This document shows positions 52,940 to 62,718 of a DNA stretch of 64,000 bases, one piece after another. Source of the stretch: Dehalococcoidia bacterium (GTDB lineage: Bacteria; Chloroflexota; Dehalococcoidia; UBA2979); NCBI GenBank assembly GCA_963667465.2, contig CAXXDN010000002.1, forward strand, positions 544,001-608,000, read 5' to 3'. A program made the position numbers and the translations under genes. How positions within the stretch are numbered: position 1 is the first letter of the stretch; each line of letters opens with the position of its first letter. The notes under the pieces were generated by a model that ran no database searches, was not told the origin of the DNA, and was given only the letters and a program-made list of their open reading frames with translations.

Positions 52940-53248
52940 TTGATCGCTGCGCTTGGCGCCGCTACGTGCCTGGCGTTCGCCACCGTGGTGACCGTTCCCC
53001 GCGCCGCCCATGCGGATCACCCTGCCGAAGTCACGTCGCATCTCAACGTGCTCCTTCAACACACGGCTGACGGCCGCAATAGAGTCGTTCCGGCTGACCA
53101 CCCGTCTGTCGTGCTGACGGCCCGCGTGGTCGCGCGCAACCCGATCGCGCACACGGAGCCGCGTGGCGGGAAGATCAAGGTTTGCAGCGTGGCCCGCTAC
53201 ACGGGACCAGTCCAGGAGGCCACGCCGAGGCAACCACGATCGGTGTAG
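52940..53248 (+). pseudogene. Truncated N-terminus of a secreted partner protein, copy 1
   Basis: Signal peptide ending AHA, then IKVCSVARY..PVQEA, cut by the next cassette leader at 53220. Confidence 0.6.
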
Positions 53249-53311
53249 ATTGCTGGAAGCACAGAGTCGGGCGGGCAGCATGCGAGCAATGCCCTGACGC
53301 ACCTGCGAACG

Positions 53312-54139
53312 ATGGCGAGGCGGCTTGCGCTGGCGCGCCGGGCGTGGCTGCTCGCCGCGCTCAGCGTCGTCGTCTCGCTCGCCGTCGGCGGCGGCCTCTG
53401 GCTGAGCTTCGGCAGCGGCGGCGGCGCCGCTCACACCGTTGCCACGGTTGGGGAGAGCAGGCCACTCAGCCTGATCGTCGTCTCGGACGGCTCGCACGAC
53501 TCGTTGCTCCTCGAATGGACCGGCGGCCCTGCGAACGCCACCAAGTGGCAATACCGGCAGCGACGCTGGGAGAACATGCAGCCGCTCGCTTGGGAGGCGT
53601 GGACCGACATCCCAAGCAGCGGGGCGAGTACGTACAACTACCGGGTCGCGAGACTGCACCCCGACACCCCCTATGACTTCGAGGTACGCGCCGTTGTTGG
53701 CGCGGTCGCCGGGGGGCCGTCCGTCAACGGAATCTCGTCTCCGTTGGGGGACCACCCGGCGGGCGGCACGACTCACAAGCAGGGTGCGCTGCCGGGCGTG
53801 TATCCCCTACAGGTCGTCGAGGGCGACGGGCGCACGCGGTGGCGCATCCACTACTTGAGCATCACGATGACGATCCCCAACGATGTGCGGCTCGTGGGTG
53901 GATTCGGCTTTGTCATGACCTGTCTGCAGGATCGGCCGTGCGCCGACGGAGGAACGGACCTGACGGACCTCGCGACCGGTTCCGTCCTGACGTTCTCGGA
54001 CGAGGGCGTGGAGTTGAACCGCCACGTCGTGGAGCCGGTCACAGGTTCCGGGGCGGCCGACACTCAGAGTAGTCTGGGGCGCAGCGTCCACGACCTCTTC
54101 GATCAGCTCATCGACTCGGTCAAGGTGATGCCGCAATAG
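53312..54139 (+). CDS. Secreted/anchored fibronectin type III-like protein, copy 2
   Basis: Near-identical to copy 1 up to WEAWTD and in the last ~50 aa; different middle. Confidence 0.8.
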   Translation: MARRLALARRAWLLAALSVVVSLAVGGGLWLSFGSGGGAAHTVATVGESRPLSLIVVSDGSHDSLLLEWTGGPANATKWQYRQRRWENMQPLAWEAWTDIPSSGASTYNYRVARLHPDTPYDFEVRAVVGAVAGGPSVNGISSPLGDHPAGGTTHKQGALPGVYPLQVVEGDGRTRWRIHYLSITMTIPNDVRLVGGFGFVMTCLQDRPCADGGTDLTDLATGSVLTFSDEGVELNRHVVEPVTGSGAADTQSSLGRSVHDLFDQLIDSVKVMPQ

Positions 54140-54150
54140 CCAGGCTACCG

Positions 54151-54412
54151 TTGATCGCTGCGCTTGGCGCCGCTACGTGCCTGGCGTTCGCCACCGTGGT
54201 GACCGTTCCCCGCGCCGCCCATGCGGATCACCCTGCCGAAGTCACGCCGCATCTCAACGTGCTCCTTCAACACACGGCTGACGGCCCGCGTGGTCGCGCG
54301 CAACCCGATCGAGCACACGGAGCCGCGTGGCGGGAAGATCAAGGTTTGCAGCGTGGCCCGCTACACGGGACCAGTCCAGGAGGCCAGGCCGAGGCAACCA
54401 CGATCGGTGTAG
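54151..54412 (+). pseudogene. Truncated and frameshifted partner-gene fragment, copy 2
   Basis: Same sequence as 52940-53248 but missing 47 nt between two gctgacggcc microhomologies. Confidence 0.65.
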
Positions 54413-54475
54413 ATTGCTGGAAGCACAGAGTCGGGCGGGCAGCATGCGAGCAATGCCCTGACGCACCTGCGAACG

Positions 54476-55255
54476 ATGGCGAGGCGGCTTGCGCTGGCGC
54501 GCCGGGCGTGGCTGCTCGCCGCGCTCAGCGTCGTCGTCTCGCTCGCCGTCGTCGGCGGCCTCTGGCTGAGCTTCGGCAGCGGCGGCGGCGCCGCTCACAC
54601 CGTTGCCACGGTTGGGGAGAGCAGGCCGCTCAGCCTGATCGTCGTCTCCAACGGCGCGCACGACTCGCTGCTCCTTGAGTGGAGCGGCGGGCCCGCGGAC
54701 GCGACGGGCTGGCAGTACCGCCAGCGCCACTGGACGCGCGAGGGACAGATCTTCTCTTGGACGGCTTGGACCGACATTCCCGGCGGCACGAACATTCGCA
54801 GCTACCGGGTGTCGGGATTGAGCGAACGCAGCTCCTACGAGTACCAGCTGCGCGCAGTCGTGGGCACGACCCCGGGCGCGGAATCCGAGCCGCCCGGACG
54901 GGGCGGCACGCAGGCGCAGGGCGCCGAGGTCTACGACATCTACCTCAGCCGCGTCGTCGAGGGCGACGGGCGTTCGCGGTGGCAGGTGGTCGACTTTACG
55001 ATCGTCATTCCCGACGGCGTGCGCCTCAAGGCCCATGGGTCCGTGATCGCGTCGGACTCCGGGAACTTGACGCCGGTCTACGTCGCCGACGGCAGCGGCG
55101 GCGTCGCGTTCGATCGAACGGGTCGCGTGTACAGCCGCTACCCGGAGGCCGCCTCGCCTACCAGCGGCGCCGCCACCGCCATCAGCGGCGCCAGCACGAG
55201 CGACGCCGCTACGCTGATCGACCAGATCGTCAAGTCGGTGCAGAAGTACCCCTGA
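54476..55255 (+). CDS. Secreted/anchored fibronectin type III-like protein, copy 3
   Basis: Shares the first ~58 aa with copies 1 and 2. Divergent thereafter but keeps WQYRQR, Y..QLRAV, VEGDGR.RW, IPDGVRL, DQI..SV. Confidence 0.8.
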   Translation: MARRLALARRAWLLAALSVVVSLAVVGGLWLSFGSGGGAAHTVATVGESRPLSLIVVSNGAHDSLLLEWSGGPADATGWQYRQRHWTREGQIFSWTAWTDIPGGTNIRSYRVSGLSERSSYEYQLRAVVGTTPGAESEPPGRGGTQAQGAEVYDIYLSRVVEGDGRSRWQVVDFTIVIPDGVRLKAHGSVIASDSGNLTPVYVADGSGGVAFDRTGRVYSRYPEAASPTSGAATAISGASTSDAATLIDQIVKSVQKYP

Positions 55256-56100
55256 GACTCCTCGCAGCCGGGCTGAGCACACTGCTGCTGGCCGCGCTCG
55301 CGGTCACGACGGCGCTCCCGGACGGAGCCCGGGCTGAGCATCAAACACCCGTCACCCGGGATCTCAAGCTCGTGCTGGACGGTTACCGGCAGGCAGACGG
55401 CTTCGGAACTCGCCGCGATGTCCGGGACGACGAGGAGCGGGTCGATATGGTCTCCCTGAACCCGACTGCGATCGGGCTGAAGGACCCCAGCGACAGCAGC
55501 AAGCGCAAGTGGCGCATCCCGGTCTGCGGCGACTCCCGGTACAAGACCGAACTCACGGCCGCGGTCAACGTCTGGAATCGCGGCGCGGGCGTGCCGATCT
55601 TCGAGGTGCTGAACGCATCGCCGGCCGTCACCTACGACGGGATGGGCAAGATCGACACGGTCACCTCGGCGGGCTGCCCCGCAACTGCCGAGCCGGAGAG
55701 CGGGGAGGAAAAGTACGTCGCGAGCGTCGTCGTGCTGAAAAAAGCATGGAGCACAGTGCTGAGCGGCTACAACAACGACCCGGACCGCGGGCCTGTGGGT
55801 CACTGGGGGTACAGCTGGGCCAGGTGGGTACGCGCGGGGACGGTCATGGGCAGTGGCTCAGGCGAGCAGGCGGCAGCCGAGCCTGCTGCGTTGGGGGACG
55901 CGAGATCGAAGGCGGCCGGTTCGCTGTCGGGCATCTCGTACAGCACGTCGAAGATCACGGGGACGGTGGTCACCGTCACAGCCACAGCCGGCTACACGTG
56001 GCTGCAGTACCGTGGGCAGGAGGCCGCTGCACAGTCTGGAGTCGGCGTCGGCACCGCTGACGAATCCGCTATCCCGGCCCACGAGCCGGAACCGGAATAG
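55252..56100 (+). CDS. Secreted partner protein, probably an internally deleted remnant
   Basis: CTG overlapping the upstream TGA, signal peptide ending ARA, IPVCGDSRY...AAVNVWN. The C-terminal third looks patchwork and no HExxH is seen. Confidence 0.5.
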   Translation: MRLLAAGLSTLLLAALAVTTALPDGARAEHQTPVTRDLKLVLDGYRQADGFGTRRDVRDDEERVDMVSLNPTAIGLKDPSDSSKRKWRIPVCGDSRYKTELTAAVNVWNRGAGVPIFEVLNASPAVTYDGMGKIDTVTSAGCPATAEPESGEEKYVASVVVLKKAWSTVLSGYNNDPDRGPVGHWGYSWARWVRAGTVMGSGSGEQAAAEPAALGDARSKAAGSLSGISYSTSKITGTVVTVTATAGYTWLQYRGQEAAAQSGVGVGTADESAIPAHEPEPE

Positions 56101-56157
56101 CGCTCGGTGCGGCTGCATCCCAGGGCGGAACCTCAAGGCGAAGGTTCTCGAGTTTGT

Positions 56158-56231
56158 CAAGCGATACTGGATTCGAACCAGTGACCTCAGCGATGTCAAC
56201 GCTGCGCTCTAGCCATCTGAGCTAACCGCCC
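56158..56231 (-). tRNA. tRNA-Val(GAC) with aberrant 3' end
   Basis: GGGCGGT TAGCTCAGATGGCTAGAGC G CAGCG-TT-GAC-AT-CGCTG AGGTC ACTGG-TTCGAAT-CCAGT ATCGCTT G. No CCA. Confidence 0.85.
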
Positions 56232-56255
56232 GCGCCGGCCAGACGCCGGGAATCG

Positions 56256-56285
56256 AGCCTAGCCCCGCTGCTCGCGGGGCGTCAA
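56256..56285 (-). promoter_or_regulatory. Sigma70-type promoter of tRNA-Val
   Basis: TTGACG-18 nt-TAGGCT on the minus strand. Confidence 0.6.
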
Positions 56286-56335
56286 CGCTCGCCGCCGGGC
56301 GGATGCGGCTGGCGTCAGTTCCTGTATTCTGGAGT

Positions 56336-56410
56336 GGGCCTCTAGCTCAATGGCAGAGCAGCTGACTCTTAATCAGCCGGTTCAGGGTTCGAATCCCTGG
56401 GGGCTCACCA
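56336..56410 (+). tRNA. tRNA-Lys(CTT)
   Basis: Cloverleaf with GCTGA-CT-CTT-AA-TCAGC, GGTTCGAATCC and encoded ACCA. Confidence 0.96.
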
Positions 56411-56583
56411 GGCTTTCCGTCCCCGCTGCCACAATGCGCAACCCCCAACAGGGCGGTTACGGGCTATAGTGAGGCGTCGCTTCCTCGGAGGACGCGGCGA
56501 GCAAGCCGACAGCGGCGGCGCGGATGGTCTATAATCCCGCGCCGTCAGGCGGTGGGGAGACAAGCTCAGGGGACAGCGTCTAC

Positions 56584-56668
56584 GGGGAAGTGTCGGAACT
56601 GGTAGACGAGCATGATTTAGGATCATGTGCCGCGAGGCGTAGGAGTTCGAGTCTCCTCTTCCCCACCA
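56584..56668 (+). tRNA. tRNA-Leu(TAG)
   Basis: GGGGAAG/CTTCCCC acceptor, CATGA-TT-TAG-GA-TCATG, long variable arm and ACCA. TATAAT at 56530-56535 upstream. Confidence 0.96.
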
Positions 56669-56715
56669 TCGGAACCCGCGGGACGGGTTTCCACTTCTCC
56701 GGACGGAGGGGAACT

Positions 56716-57729
56716 TTGGCGAAGCTGCTCGAGATCAACAATCTGCGGACGTACTTCTACACGGAGGAAGGCGTCGTCCGCGCCGTCGATGGGGTCTCCT
56801 GGGACCTCGACGAAGGCGAGACCCTCGGGCTCGTCGGGGAGTCCGGCTGCGGAAAGTCCGTCTCCGCGCTCTCGATCCTGCGGCTGATTCCGCGCCCGCC
56901 GGGCCGAATCGTCGACGGCGAGATCCTGTTCGAGGGCGAGAACCTGCTGGAGGTCTCGGACGCGGAAATGCGCTCCATCCGGGGCAACCGCATCGCCATG
57001 ATCTTCCAGGAGCCGATGACCTCGCTGAACCCGGTGCTCACTATCGGCAACCAGCTAACCGAGGCGATCACGCTGCACCTCGGACTGGAGAAGTCCGACT
57101 CGCGCGCGCGCGCCGTGGAGCTGCTGGAGCTGGTCGGCATCCCGGAGGCGGCGAACCGCCTCGATGACTATCCGCACCAGTTCTCGGGCGGCATGCGCCA
57201 GCGTGTGATGATCGCGATGGCGCTGTCCTGCAACCCGAAGCTGCTGCTGGCCGATGAGCCGACGACCGCCCTCGACGTCACGATCCAGGCGCAGATCCTG
57301 GAGCTGATGGCGCAGCTCTCGAAGGACCTCGGCACAGCCGTGGTGATCATCACGCACAACCTCGGCGTCGTCTCGCGCTACGCCGACCGGGTGAACGTGA
57401 TGTACGCGGGCAAGATTGTCGAGTCCGGCTCGACGTTCGACATCTTCAAGGACCCGCGCCACCCCTACACCGTGGGCCTGATGAACTCGGTGCCGCGCCT
57501 CGACGAGACCGAGCACGTCCGGCTCGACGCGATCGAGGGCCAGCCGCCGCTGCTGATCGACCCGATCCCGGGTTGCCCCTTCGAGCCGCGTTGCGACTGG
57601 GCGATCGACAAGTGCGTGACGGACCACCCGCCGCTCGAGCTGAAGGAAGAGGCGCACTGGTCTGCTTGCTGGCGCGACCCGCAGCAGGACGAACGCACGC
57701 GCAGCACCGAGACCGCGGACATCAGCTAG
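56716..57729 (+). CDS. oppD: Oligopeptide/dipeptide ABC ATPase (OppD/DppD)
   Basis: [54 protein letters not shown] 56716 with GGAGG SD. Confidence 0.92.
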   Translation: MAKLLEINNLRTYFYTEEGVVRAVDGVSWDLDEGETLGLVGESGCGKSVSALSILRLIPRPPGRIVDGEILFEGENLLEVSDAEMRSIRGNRIAMIFQEPMTSLNPVLTIGNQLTEAITLHLGLEKSDSRARAVELLELVGIPEAANRLDDYPHQFSGGMRQRVMIAMALSCNPKLLLADEPTTALDVTIQAQILELMAQLSKDLGTAVVIITHNLGVVSRYADRVNVMYAGKIVESGSTFDIFKDPRHPYTVGLMNSVPRLDETEHVRLDAIEGQPPLLIDPIPGCPFEPRCDWAIDKCVTDHPPLELKEEAHWSACWRDPQQDERTRSTETADIS

Positions 57730-57756
57730 GCCCGCAGGCCGGACGGGAACACGCTC

Positions 57757-58773
57757 ATGACCACAGACGCCGCCACGATGACGGAAACGGGCAACGGCCA
57801 CGCCAAGAACCTTGTCGAGGTCGACGCGCTGAAGATGTACTTCCCGGTGACCTCCGGGATCCTCTTCCAGCGCAAGGTCGCCGACGTCAAGGCTGTCGAC
57901 GGCATCTCGTTCTTCGTCCGCGAGGGCGAGACGCTCGGACTCGTTGGTGAGTCCGGCTGCGGGAAGTCGACCACCGGCCGGGCGATTCTGCAGCTCTACC
58001 GCCCGACGGAGGGGACGGTCACCTTCGACGGCACCGTCCTCAACGACGTGAAGGGCCGCTCGCTGCGCGCCTTCCGCCGCCGCATGCAGATGATCTTCCA
58101 GGACCCCTACTCGTCGCTGAACCCGCGTATGAGCGTCTCCAGCATCATCTCCGAGCCGATGGTGATCCACGGCCTCTACAAGGGGCGGGAGCGCCAGGAG
58201 CGCGTCGAGTACCTGCTGGAGGAGGTGGGCCTCAACCCCTACTTCGCGAAGCGCTACCCGCACGAGTTCTCCGGTGGTCAGCGCCAGCGCATCGGCGTAG
58301 CGCGGGCGCTCGCGGTGGAGCCTGAGTTCATCGTCCTCGACGAGCCGGTCTCCGCCCTCGATGTCTCGATTCAGGCGCAGATCATCAACCTGCTGGAGGA
58401 TCTGCAGAACGAGTTCAACCTCACCTACCTGTTCATCGCCCACGACCTGGCGGTCGTGCGACACATCTCCGACCGCGTGGCCGTGATGTACCTCGGGCGC
58501 ATCATGGAGCTTGCCGACCGCAACGAGCTCTACGAGAACCCGCTGCACCCGTACACGAGGGCGCTGCTCTCCGCCGTGCCGATCACCGACCCGGAGGTGG
58601 AACGCTCGCGCGAGCGCATCATCCTCGTCGGCGACGTGCCGTCGCCGGTGCGGCCGCCTCCCGGCTGCGTGTTCAACACGCGCTGCCCGATCGTGGTCGA
58701 CGAGTGCCGCGAGCGGATCCCCGAGTGGCGCGAGGTCGAGCGGGACCACTGGGTGGCCTGCCACCGCGTCTAG
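57757..58773 (+). CDS. oppF: Oligopeptide/dipeptide ABC ATPase (OppF/DppF)
   Basis: [51 protein letters not shown]. Confidence 0.92.
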   Translation: MTTDAATMTETGNGHAKNLVEVDALKMYFPVTSGILFQRKVADVKAVDGISFFVREGETLGLVGESGCGKSTTGRAILQLYRPTEGTVTFDGTVLNDVKGRSLRAFRRRMQMIFQDPYSSLNPRMSVSSIISEPMVIHGLYKGRERQERVEYLLEEVGLNPYFAKRYPHEFSGGQRQRIGVARALAVEPEFIVLDEPVSALDVSIQAQIINLLEDLQNEFNLTYLFIAHDLAVVRHISDRVAVMYLGRIMELADRNELYENPLHPYTRALLSAVPITDPEVERSRERIILVGDVPSPVRPPPGCVFNTRCPIVVDECRERIPEWREVERDHWVACHRV

Positions 58774-58796
58774 CGGCCTCATCCGGGTACGCAACC

Positions 58797-58824
58797 AACG
58801 AGGGCGGGTCTCCCCGCCCTCGTT
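58797..58824 (+). terminator. Perfect 12-bp hairpin after oppF
   Basis: aacgagggcggg-tctc-cccgccctcgtt; weak U tail. Confidence 0.6.
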
Positions 58825-58893
58825 CACGTCCAGAATGTGCCGAGGATCGGCGCCCGCGTGCGCCTGCGGGCGTCACACGGCTACGATGATCGC

Positions 58894-60705
58894 GTGCAGC
58901 ACATCCGCAACTTCTCGATCATCGCTCACATCGACCACGGCAAGTCGACGCTCGCCGACCGCATGCTGGAGCACACCGGCGCCGTCTCCGACCGCGAGAT
59001 GCGCGAGCAACTGCTCGACCAGATGGACCTCGAGCGCGAGAAGGGCATCACGATCAAGGCGCAGGCCGTGCGCATGCACTACCGCGCTGCCGCCGGCGCC
59101 GACTACGAACTGAACCTGATCGACACCCCCGGCCACGTCGACTTCGCCTACGAGGTCTCGCGCGCCCTCGCCGCCTGCGAGGGCGCCGTGCTGGTCGTCG
59201 ACGCTGCGCAGGGCATCCAGGCGCAGACGCTGGCCAACGTCTATGCCGCGCTCGACCTCGACCTCGCGCTGATCCCCGTGGTCAACAAGATCGATCTCCC
59301 CGCCGCCGACCCCGATCGCGTCGCCCGCGAGTTGGTCGACGTCGTGGGCTTCGATCGCGACCAGGTGCTGTACGCCTCGGCCAAGAGCGGCGAGGGCATC
59401 GAGGCGATCCTCGAGGCGATCGTCGAACACGTCCCCGCGCCGGAGGGAGACCCGGAGGCCGCTCCGCGCGCGCTCGTCTTCGACTCCAAGTACGACGCTT
59501 ACAAGGGTGTGCTCGCCTACGTGCGCGTGGTGGACGGATCGCTGGCTGCGGGGCAGCGGTTGCGCCTGATGCAGCAGGGCACGCGCTTCGAGCCGCTGGA
59601 TGTCGGCGCCTTCCGCCCGGAGCTCGATGTCCAGCCGCGCCTCGAGGCGGGGCAGGTCGGCTACCTCGCGACGGGCCTCAAGAGCGTCCACCAGAGTCGC
59701 GTCGGCGACACGGTCACCCTCGAGCGTCGCGGCGCCGAGGAGCCGCTGCCCGGCTACCGCCCGGCCAAGCCGATGGTCTTCGCCGGCATCTACCCGACCG
59801 ACCCCAATGAGTACGAGGAGCTGCGTTCCGCCTTCGAGCGGCTGAGCCTCAACGACGCCTCGCTGGTCTGGCAGCCGGAGAGCTCGGCGGCGCTCGGCTT
59901 CGGCTTCCGCGCGGGCTTCCTCGGGCTGCTGCACATGGAGATCGTGCAGGAGCGGCTGGAGCGCGAGTTCGGCCTCGATCTGGTCGCCACCGCCCCCTCG
60001 GTGGAGTACGAGGTCACGCGTTCGGATGGCCGCGAGCTGGTCGTGGACAGCCCCGCTGACCTGCCGCCGCCCAACGAGATTCGCGAGGTTCGCGAGCCGT
60101 GGGTGCGCCTCGCGATCACCGTGCCCTCGCGCTACCTCGGAGCAGTCATGGAACTGGTGACGGCCCGGCGCGGGCGGCACCAGCGGCTGGAGTACCTCGA
60201 TCATGGCGTCGCCGAGGGCGACGCGCGCGTGCTCGTCGAGTTCCTCTGCCCGCTCTCCGAGATCCTCGTCGACTTCTACGACCAGCTGAAGTCGCGCACC
60301 CAGGGCTACGCCTCGCTCGACTACCAGATCGAGGGCTTCGAGCCGGCGAAGGTGCTGCGGCTCGACATCCTCGTCAACGGCGAGCCGGTCGACGCACTTT
60401 CGACGATCGTGCAGTCGGAAGGCGCGGCGGCGAAGGGGCGGCAACTGACGGCGGCGTTGAAGGAGCTGATTCCTCGCCAGCTCTTCGCCGTGCCGATCCA
60501 GGCCGCTGTCGGCGGCCGCATCGTCGCGCGCGAGACGGTGCGGGCGATGCGCAAGAACGTGCTCGCGAAGTGCTACGGCGGCGACGTCACGCGCAAGCGC
60601 AAACTGCTGGAGCGCCAGAAGGCGGGCAAGAAGCGCATGAAGATGCTTGGCGCCGTCGAGGTCCCGCAGGAGGCCTTCATGGCGGTGCTCAAGCTGCGGG
60701 AGTGA
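58894..60705 (+). CDS. lepA: Translation elongation factor 4
   Basis: [59 protein letters not shown] 58894. Confidence 0.98.
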   Translation: MQHIRNFSIIAHIDHGKSTLADRMLEHTGAVSDREMREQLLDQMDLEREKGITIKAQAVRMHYRAAAGADYELNLIDTPGHVDFAYEVSRALAACEGAVLVVDAAQGIQAQTLANVYAALDLDLALIPVVNKIDLPAADPDRVARELVDVVGFDRDQVLYASAKSGEGIEAILEAIVEHVPAPEGDPEAAPRALVFDSKYDAYKGVLAYVRVVDGSLAAGQRLRLMQQGTRFEPLDVGAFRPELDVQPRLEAGQVGYLATGLKSVHQSRVGDTVTLERRGAEEPLPGYRPAKPMVFAGIYPTDPNEYEELRSAFERLSLNDASLVWQPESSAALGFGFRAGFLGLLHMEIVQERLEREFGLDLVATAPSVEYEVTRSDGRELVVDSPADLPPPNEIREVREPWVRLAITVPSRYLGAVMELVTARRGRHQRLEYLDHGVAEGDARVLVEFLCPLSEILVDFYDQLKSRTQGYASLDYQIEGFEPAKVLRLDILVNGEPVDALSTIVQSEGAAAKGRQLTAALKELIPRQLFAVPIQAAVGGRIVARETVRAMRKNVLAKCYGGDVTRKRKLLERQKAGKKRMKMLGAVEVPQEAFMAVLKLRE

Positions 60706-60715
60706 GCGCGGGCGC

Positions 60716-60751
60716 TTGCAGAATGCTGGCAGTGCTGGCAAAATGCTGGCA
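60716..60751 (+). promoter_or_regulatory. TA promoter with three tgctggca direct repeats (putative operator)
   Basis: TTGCAG-17 nt-CAAAAT overlapped by tgctggca at 60724, 60733 and 60744. Confidence 0.55.
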
Positions 60752-60753
60752 CA

Positions 60754-60987
60754 ATGGTGCAGATCACCATCCGAAACGTCTCCGAAGAGATGCGCGCCGT
60801 GCTGAAGGCACGCGCCGCGCGCCGCCGCCAGTCGATGCAGGAGTACCTGCTCGGTGAACTGGAACGGATCACCTCGAAGCCCTCGGTCGAGGAGTTGATG
60901 GCCGAGGTGCGCGCCGAGAAGGAAGCCGACCCGGTGTATATCGGCACGGAGACCATCCTGCGACACCGGGATGCGGATCGGAAGTGA
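60754..60987 (+). CDS. vapB: FitA-like ribbon-helix-helix antitoxin
   Basis: QITIRNV.EE....LK.RAA....SMQEYL...L; overlaps the PIN gene. Confidence 0.85.
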   Translation: MVQITIRNVSEEMRAVLKARAARRRQSMQEYLLGELERITSKPSVEELMAEVRAEKEADPVYIGTETILRHRDADRK

Positions 60988-61379
60988 CGCTGGTTGTTGA
61001 CGCATCCGCACTGGTTGCCGCACTGATCGAGTCAAGTCCGGAGGGCAGGTGGTTGGAGGGCACGCTCGTGTCCGACGACCTTGCTGCGCCTGAGTTCGCA
61101 TTGGCCGAGTCCACGAACATCTTTCGCCAGTTGGAGCTGTCGGGCGGTATATCGCGCGCGAGAGCCGAGCGCGGTCGGCGCAACCTGCTTCGGCTGCGCC
61201 TCCAGCTCTACGGCTTCGCACCCTTCGCTGATCGCGTGTGGGAGTTGCGGCACAACCTGACTGCGTACGACGCCTGGTACGTCGCACTCGCCGAGTCGCT
61301 CGACTGTCCGCTGGTGACGCTCGACCTCCGCCTCAGCCGCGCCAGCGGCCCCACCTGCGAGATGCTCACGCCGCCCTGA
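60984..61379 (+). CDS. vapC: PIN-domain toxin
   Basis: LVVDASAL, AP...AE, NLTAYDAWYVALAE...LVTLD.RL. Confidence 0.92.
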   Translation: MTLVVDASALVAALIESSPEGRWLEGTLVSDDLAAPEFALAESTNIFRQLELSGGISRARAERGRRNLLRLRLQLYGFAPFADRVWELRHNLTAYDAWYVALAESLDCPLVTLDLRLSRASGPTCEMLTPP

Positions 61380-61457
61380 CGCTTGCGACCCCTCTCCCCT
61401 GCCTCGCCCGCCCCGGAGCGCGCACGTACGATACGTGCGCGTTGGGAGGTCGCCGCC

Positions 61458-62651
61458 ATGTCAGAGCAGGTCGTCGCGCCGCGCATCCGCGGCTTCATCT
61501 CGCTGACCGCCCATCCCGAGGGCTGCGCCGCCAACGTGCGCGGGCAGATCGAGGTCGCCCGCGCGGCCGCCGAGGGCGCTCCCGCGCTCGGGCCTGCCCT
61601 CGTGATTGGGTCGAGCACCGGCTACGGGCTCGCCAGCCTGCTCTCCGCCTGTTTCGGCTATGGCGCGCCGTCCGTCGGCGTCTGCCTCGAGCGGCCCTCG
61701 GAAGACGACAAGCCCGCCAGCGCCGGCTGGTACAACCTCGCCGAGGCGCACCGCATCGCCGCCGCCGAGGGCCGCACGCTGCGCACCGTCAACGCCGATG
61801 CCTTCTCCAGCGAGGCCAGGGAACAGGTCGCCGCCGAGCTGCGCGCCATGCGCGGGCAGGTCGAGTTGCTCGTCTACAGCCTCGCCGCGCCGCTGCGCCG
61901 CGACGCCGACACGGACGAGGTCTGGCGCAGCACGCTCAAGCCGATCGGCCAGGACTGGACGGGAAAAAGCATCGACCTGCGCCGCAACCGCGTGACCGAG
62001 GCGACGATCGAGGCGGCGAACGAAGAGGAGATCGCGGCGACGGTGAAGGTGATGGGCGGCGAGGACTGGGCGGAGTGGGTGCGCTGGCTCGGCGCCGAGG
62101 GCCTGATCGCCGACAACTGCCGCAGTGTCGCCTACAGCTACGTTGGCCCCGAGGCCACGCACGCCATCTACCGTGCGGGCACGATCGGGCGCGCCAAGGA
62201 AGACCTCGAGGCGACCGCTCGCGAGCTGCACGCGCAGCTCGCGCCGGGCGGCGGCGGAGTCTGGGTGAGCATCAACAAGGGCATCGTCACGCAGGCCTCG
62301 GCGGCGATTCCCGGCGTCGCCCTCTACATGAGCGTGCTCTTCGCCGTGATGAAGGAGCAGGGCACGCACGAGGGCCCGATCGAGCAGATCGCGCGCATGA
62401 TGCGCGACCACCTCGGACCCGGAGCCACGCCCAGCACCGACGACGAGGGCCGCATCCGCCTCGACGACCTGGAGATGACGCCCGCGGTGCAGTCAGAGGT
62501 CGCGCGCCGCATGGCCGCGATCGACACGGACTCGCTCGGCGAGCTGAGCGACTACGCCGGCTGGCAGCGCTACTTCCAGCAGCTCTTCGGCTTCGGCCTC
62601 GAGGGCATCGACTACGCCGCGCCGACCGAGGTGGACCGCCTGCTCGTGTAG
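61458..62651 (+). CDS. fabV: Enoyl-ACP / trans-2-enoyl-CoA reductase FabV
   Basis: RGFI..TAHP.GC, GSSTGYGLAS, AGWYN, DAFS, YSLAAP.R, TVKVMGGEDW, Y-x8-K (YRAGTIGRAK), VTQAS.AIP, FGF. ATG 61458. Confidence 0.95.
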   Translation: MSEQVVAPRIRGFISLTAHPEGCAANVRGQIEVARAAAEGAPALGPALVIGSSTGYGLASLLSACFGYGAPSVGVCLERPSEDDKPASAGWYNLAEAHRIAAAEGRTLRTVNADAFSSEAREQVAAELRAMRGQVELLVYSLAAPLRRDADTDEVWRSTLKPIGQDWTGKSIDLRRNRVTEATIEAANEEEIAATVKVMGGEDWAEWVRWLGAEGLIADNCRSVAYSYVGPEATHAIYRAGTIGRAKEDLEATARELHAQLAPGGGGVWVSINKGIVTQASAAIPGVALYMSVLFAVMKEQGTHEGPIEQIARMMRDHLGPGATPSTDDEGRIRLDDLEMTPAVQSEVARRMAAIDTDSLGELSDYAGWQRYFQQLFGFGLEGIDYAAPTEVDRLLV

Positions 62652-62718
62652 CGGCCTCGAAGCGTTCGTTGCCATCGGGGCTTGGGTGCGCCCTCGCTGG
62701 TCGCGCTGGCGCGCGGCG

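Larger units (their letters stand above)
51991..56100 (+). repeat. Three-unit tandem cassette array (units start at 51991, 53220, 54384)
   Basis: Shared leader cca(c/g)gccgaggcaaccacg.tcggtgtagattg...gcacctgcgaacgATG plus near-identical 5' coding region in all three units. Confidence 0.9.

Noticed and set aside
47450-55255. Diversity-generating retroelement, integron or shufflon
   Set aside because: No reverse transcriptase, IntI or invertase nearby; differences are not adenine-specific; no attC-like palindromes; all units are in direct orientation.
56524-56715. N-terminal extension of OppD
   Set aside because: It overlaps tRNA-Leu; TTG 56716 has a good SD.
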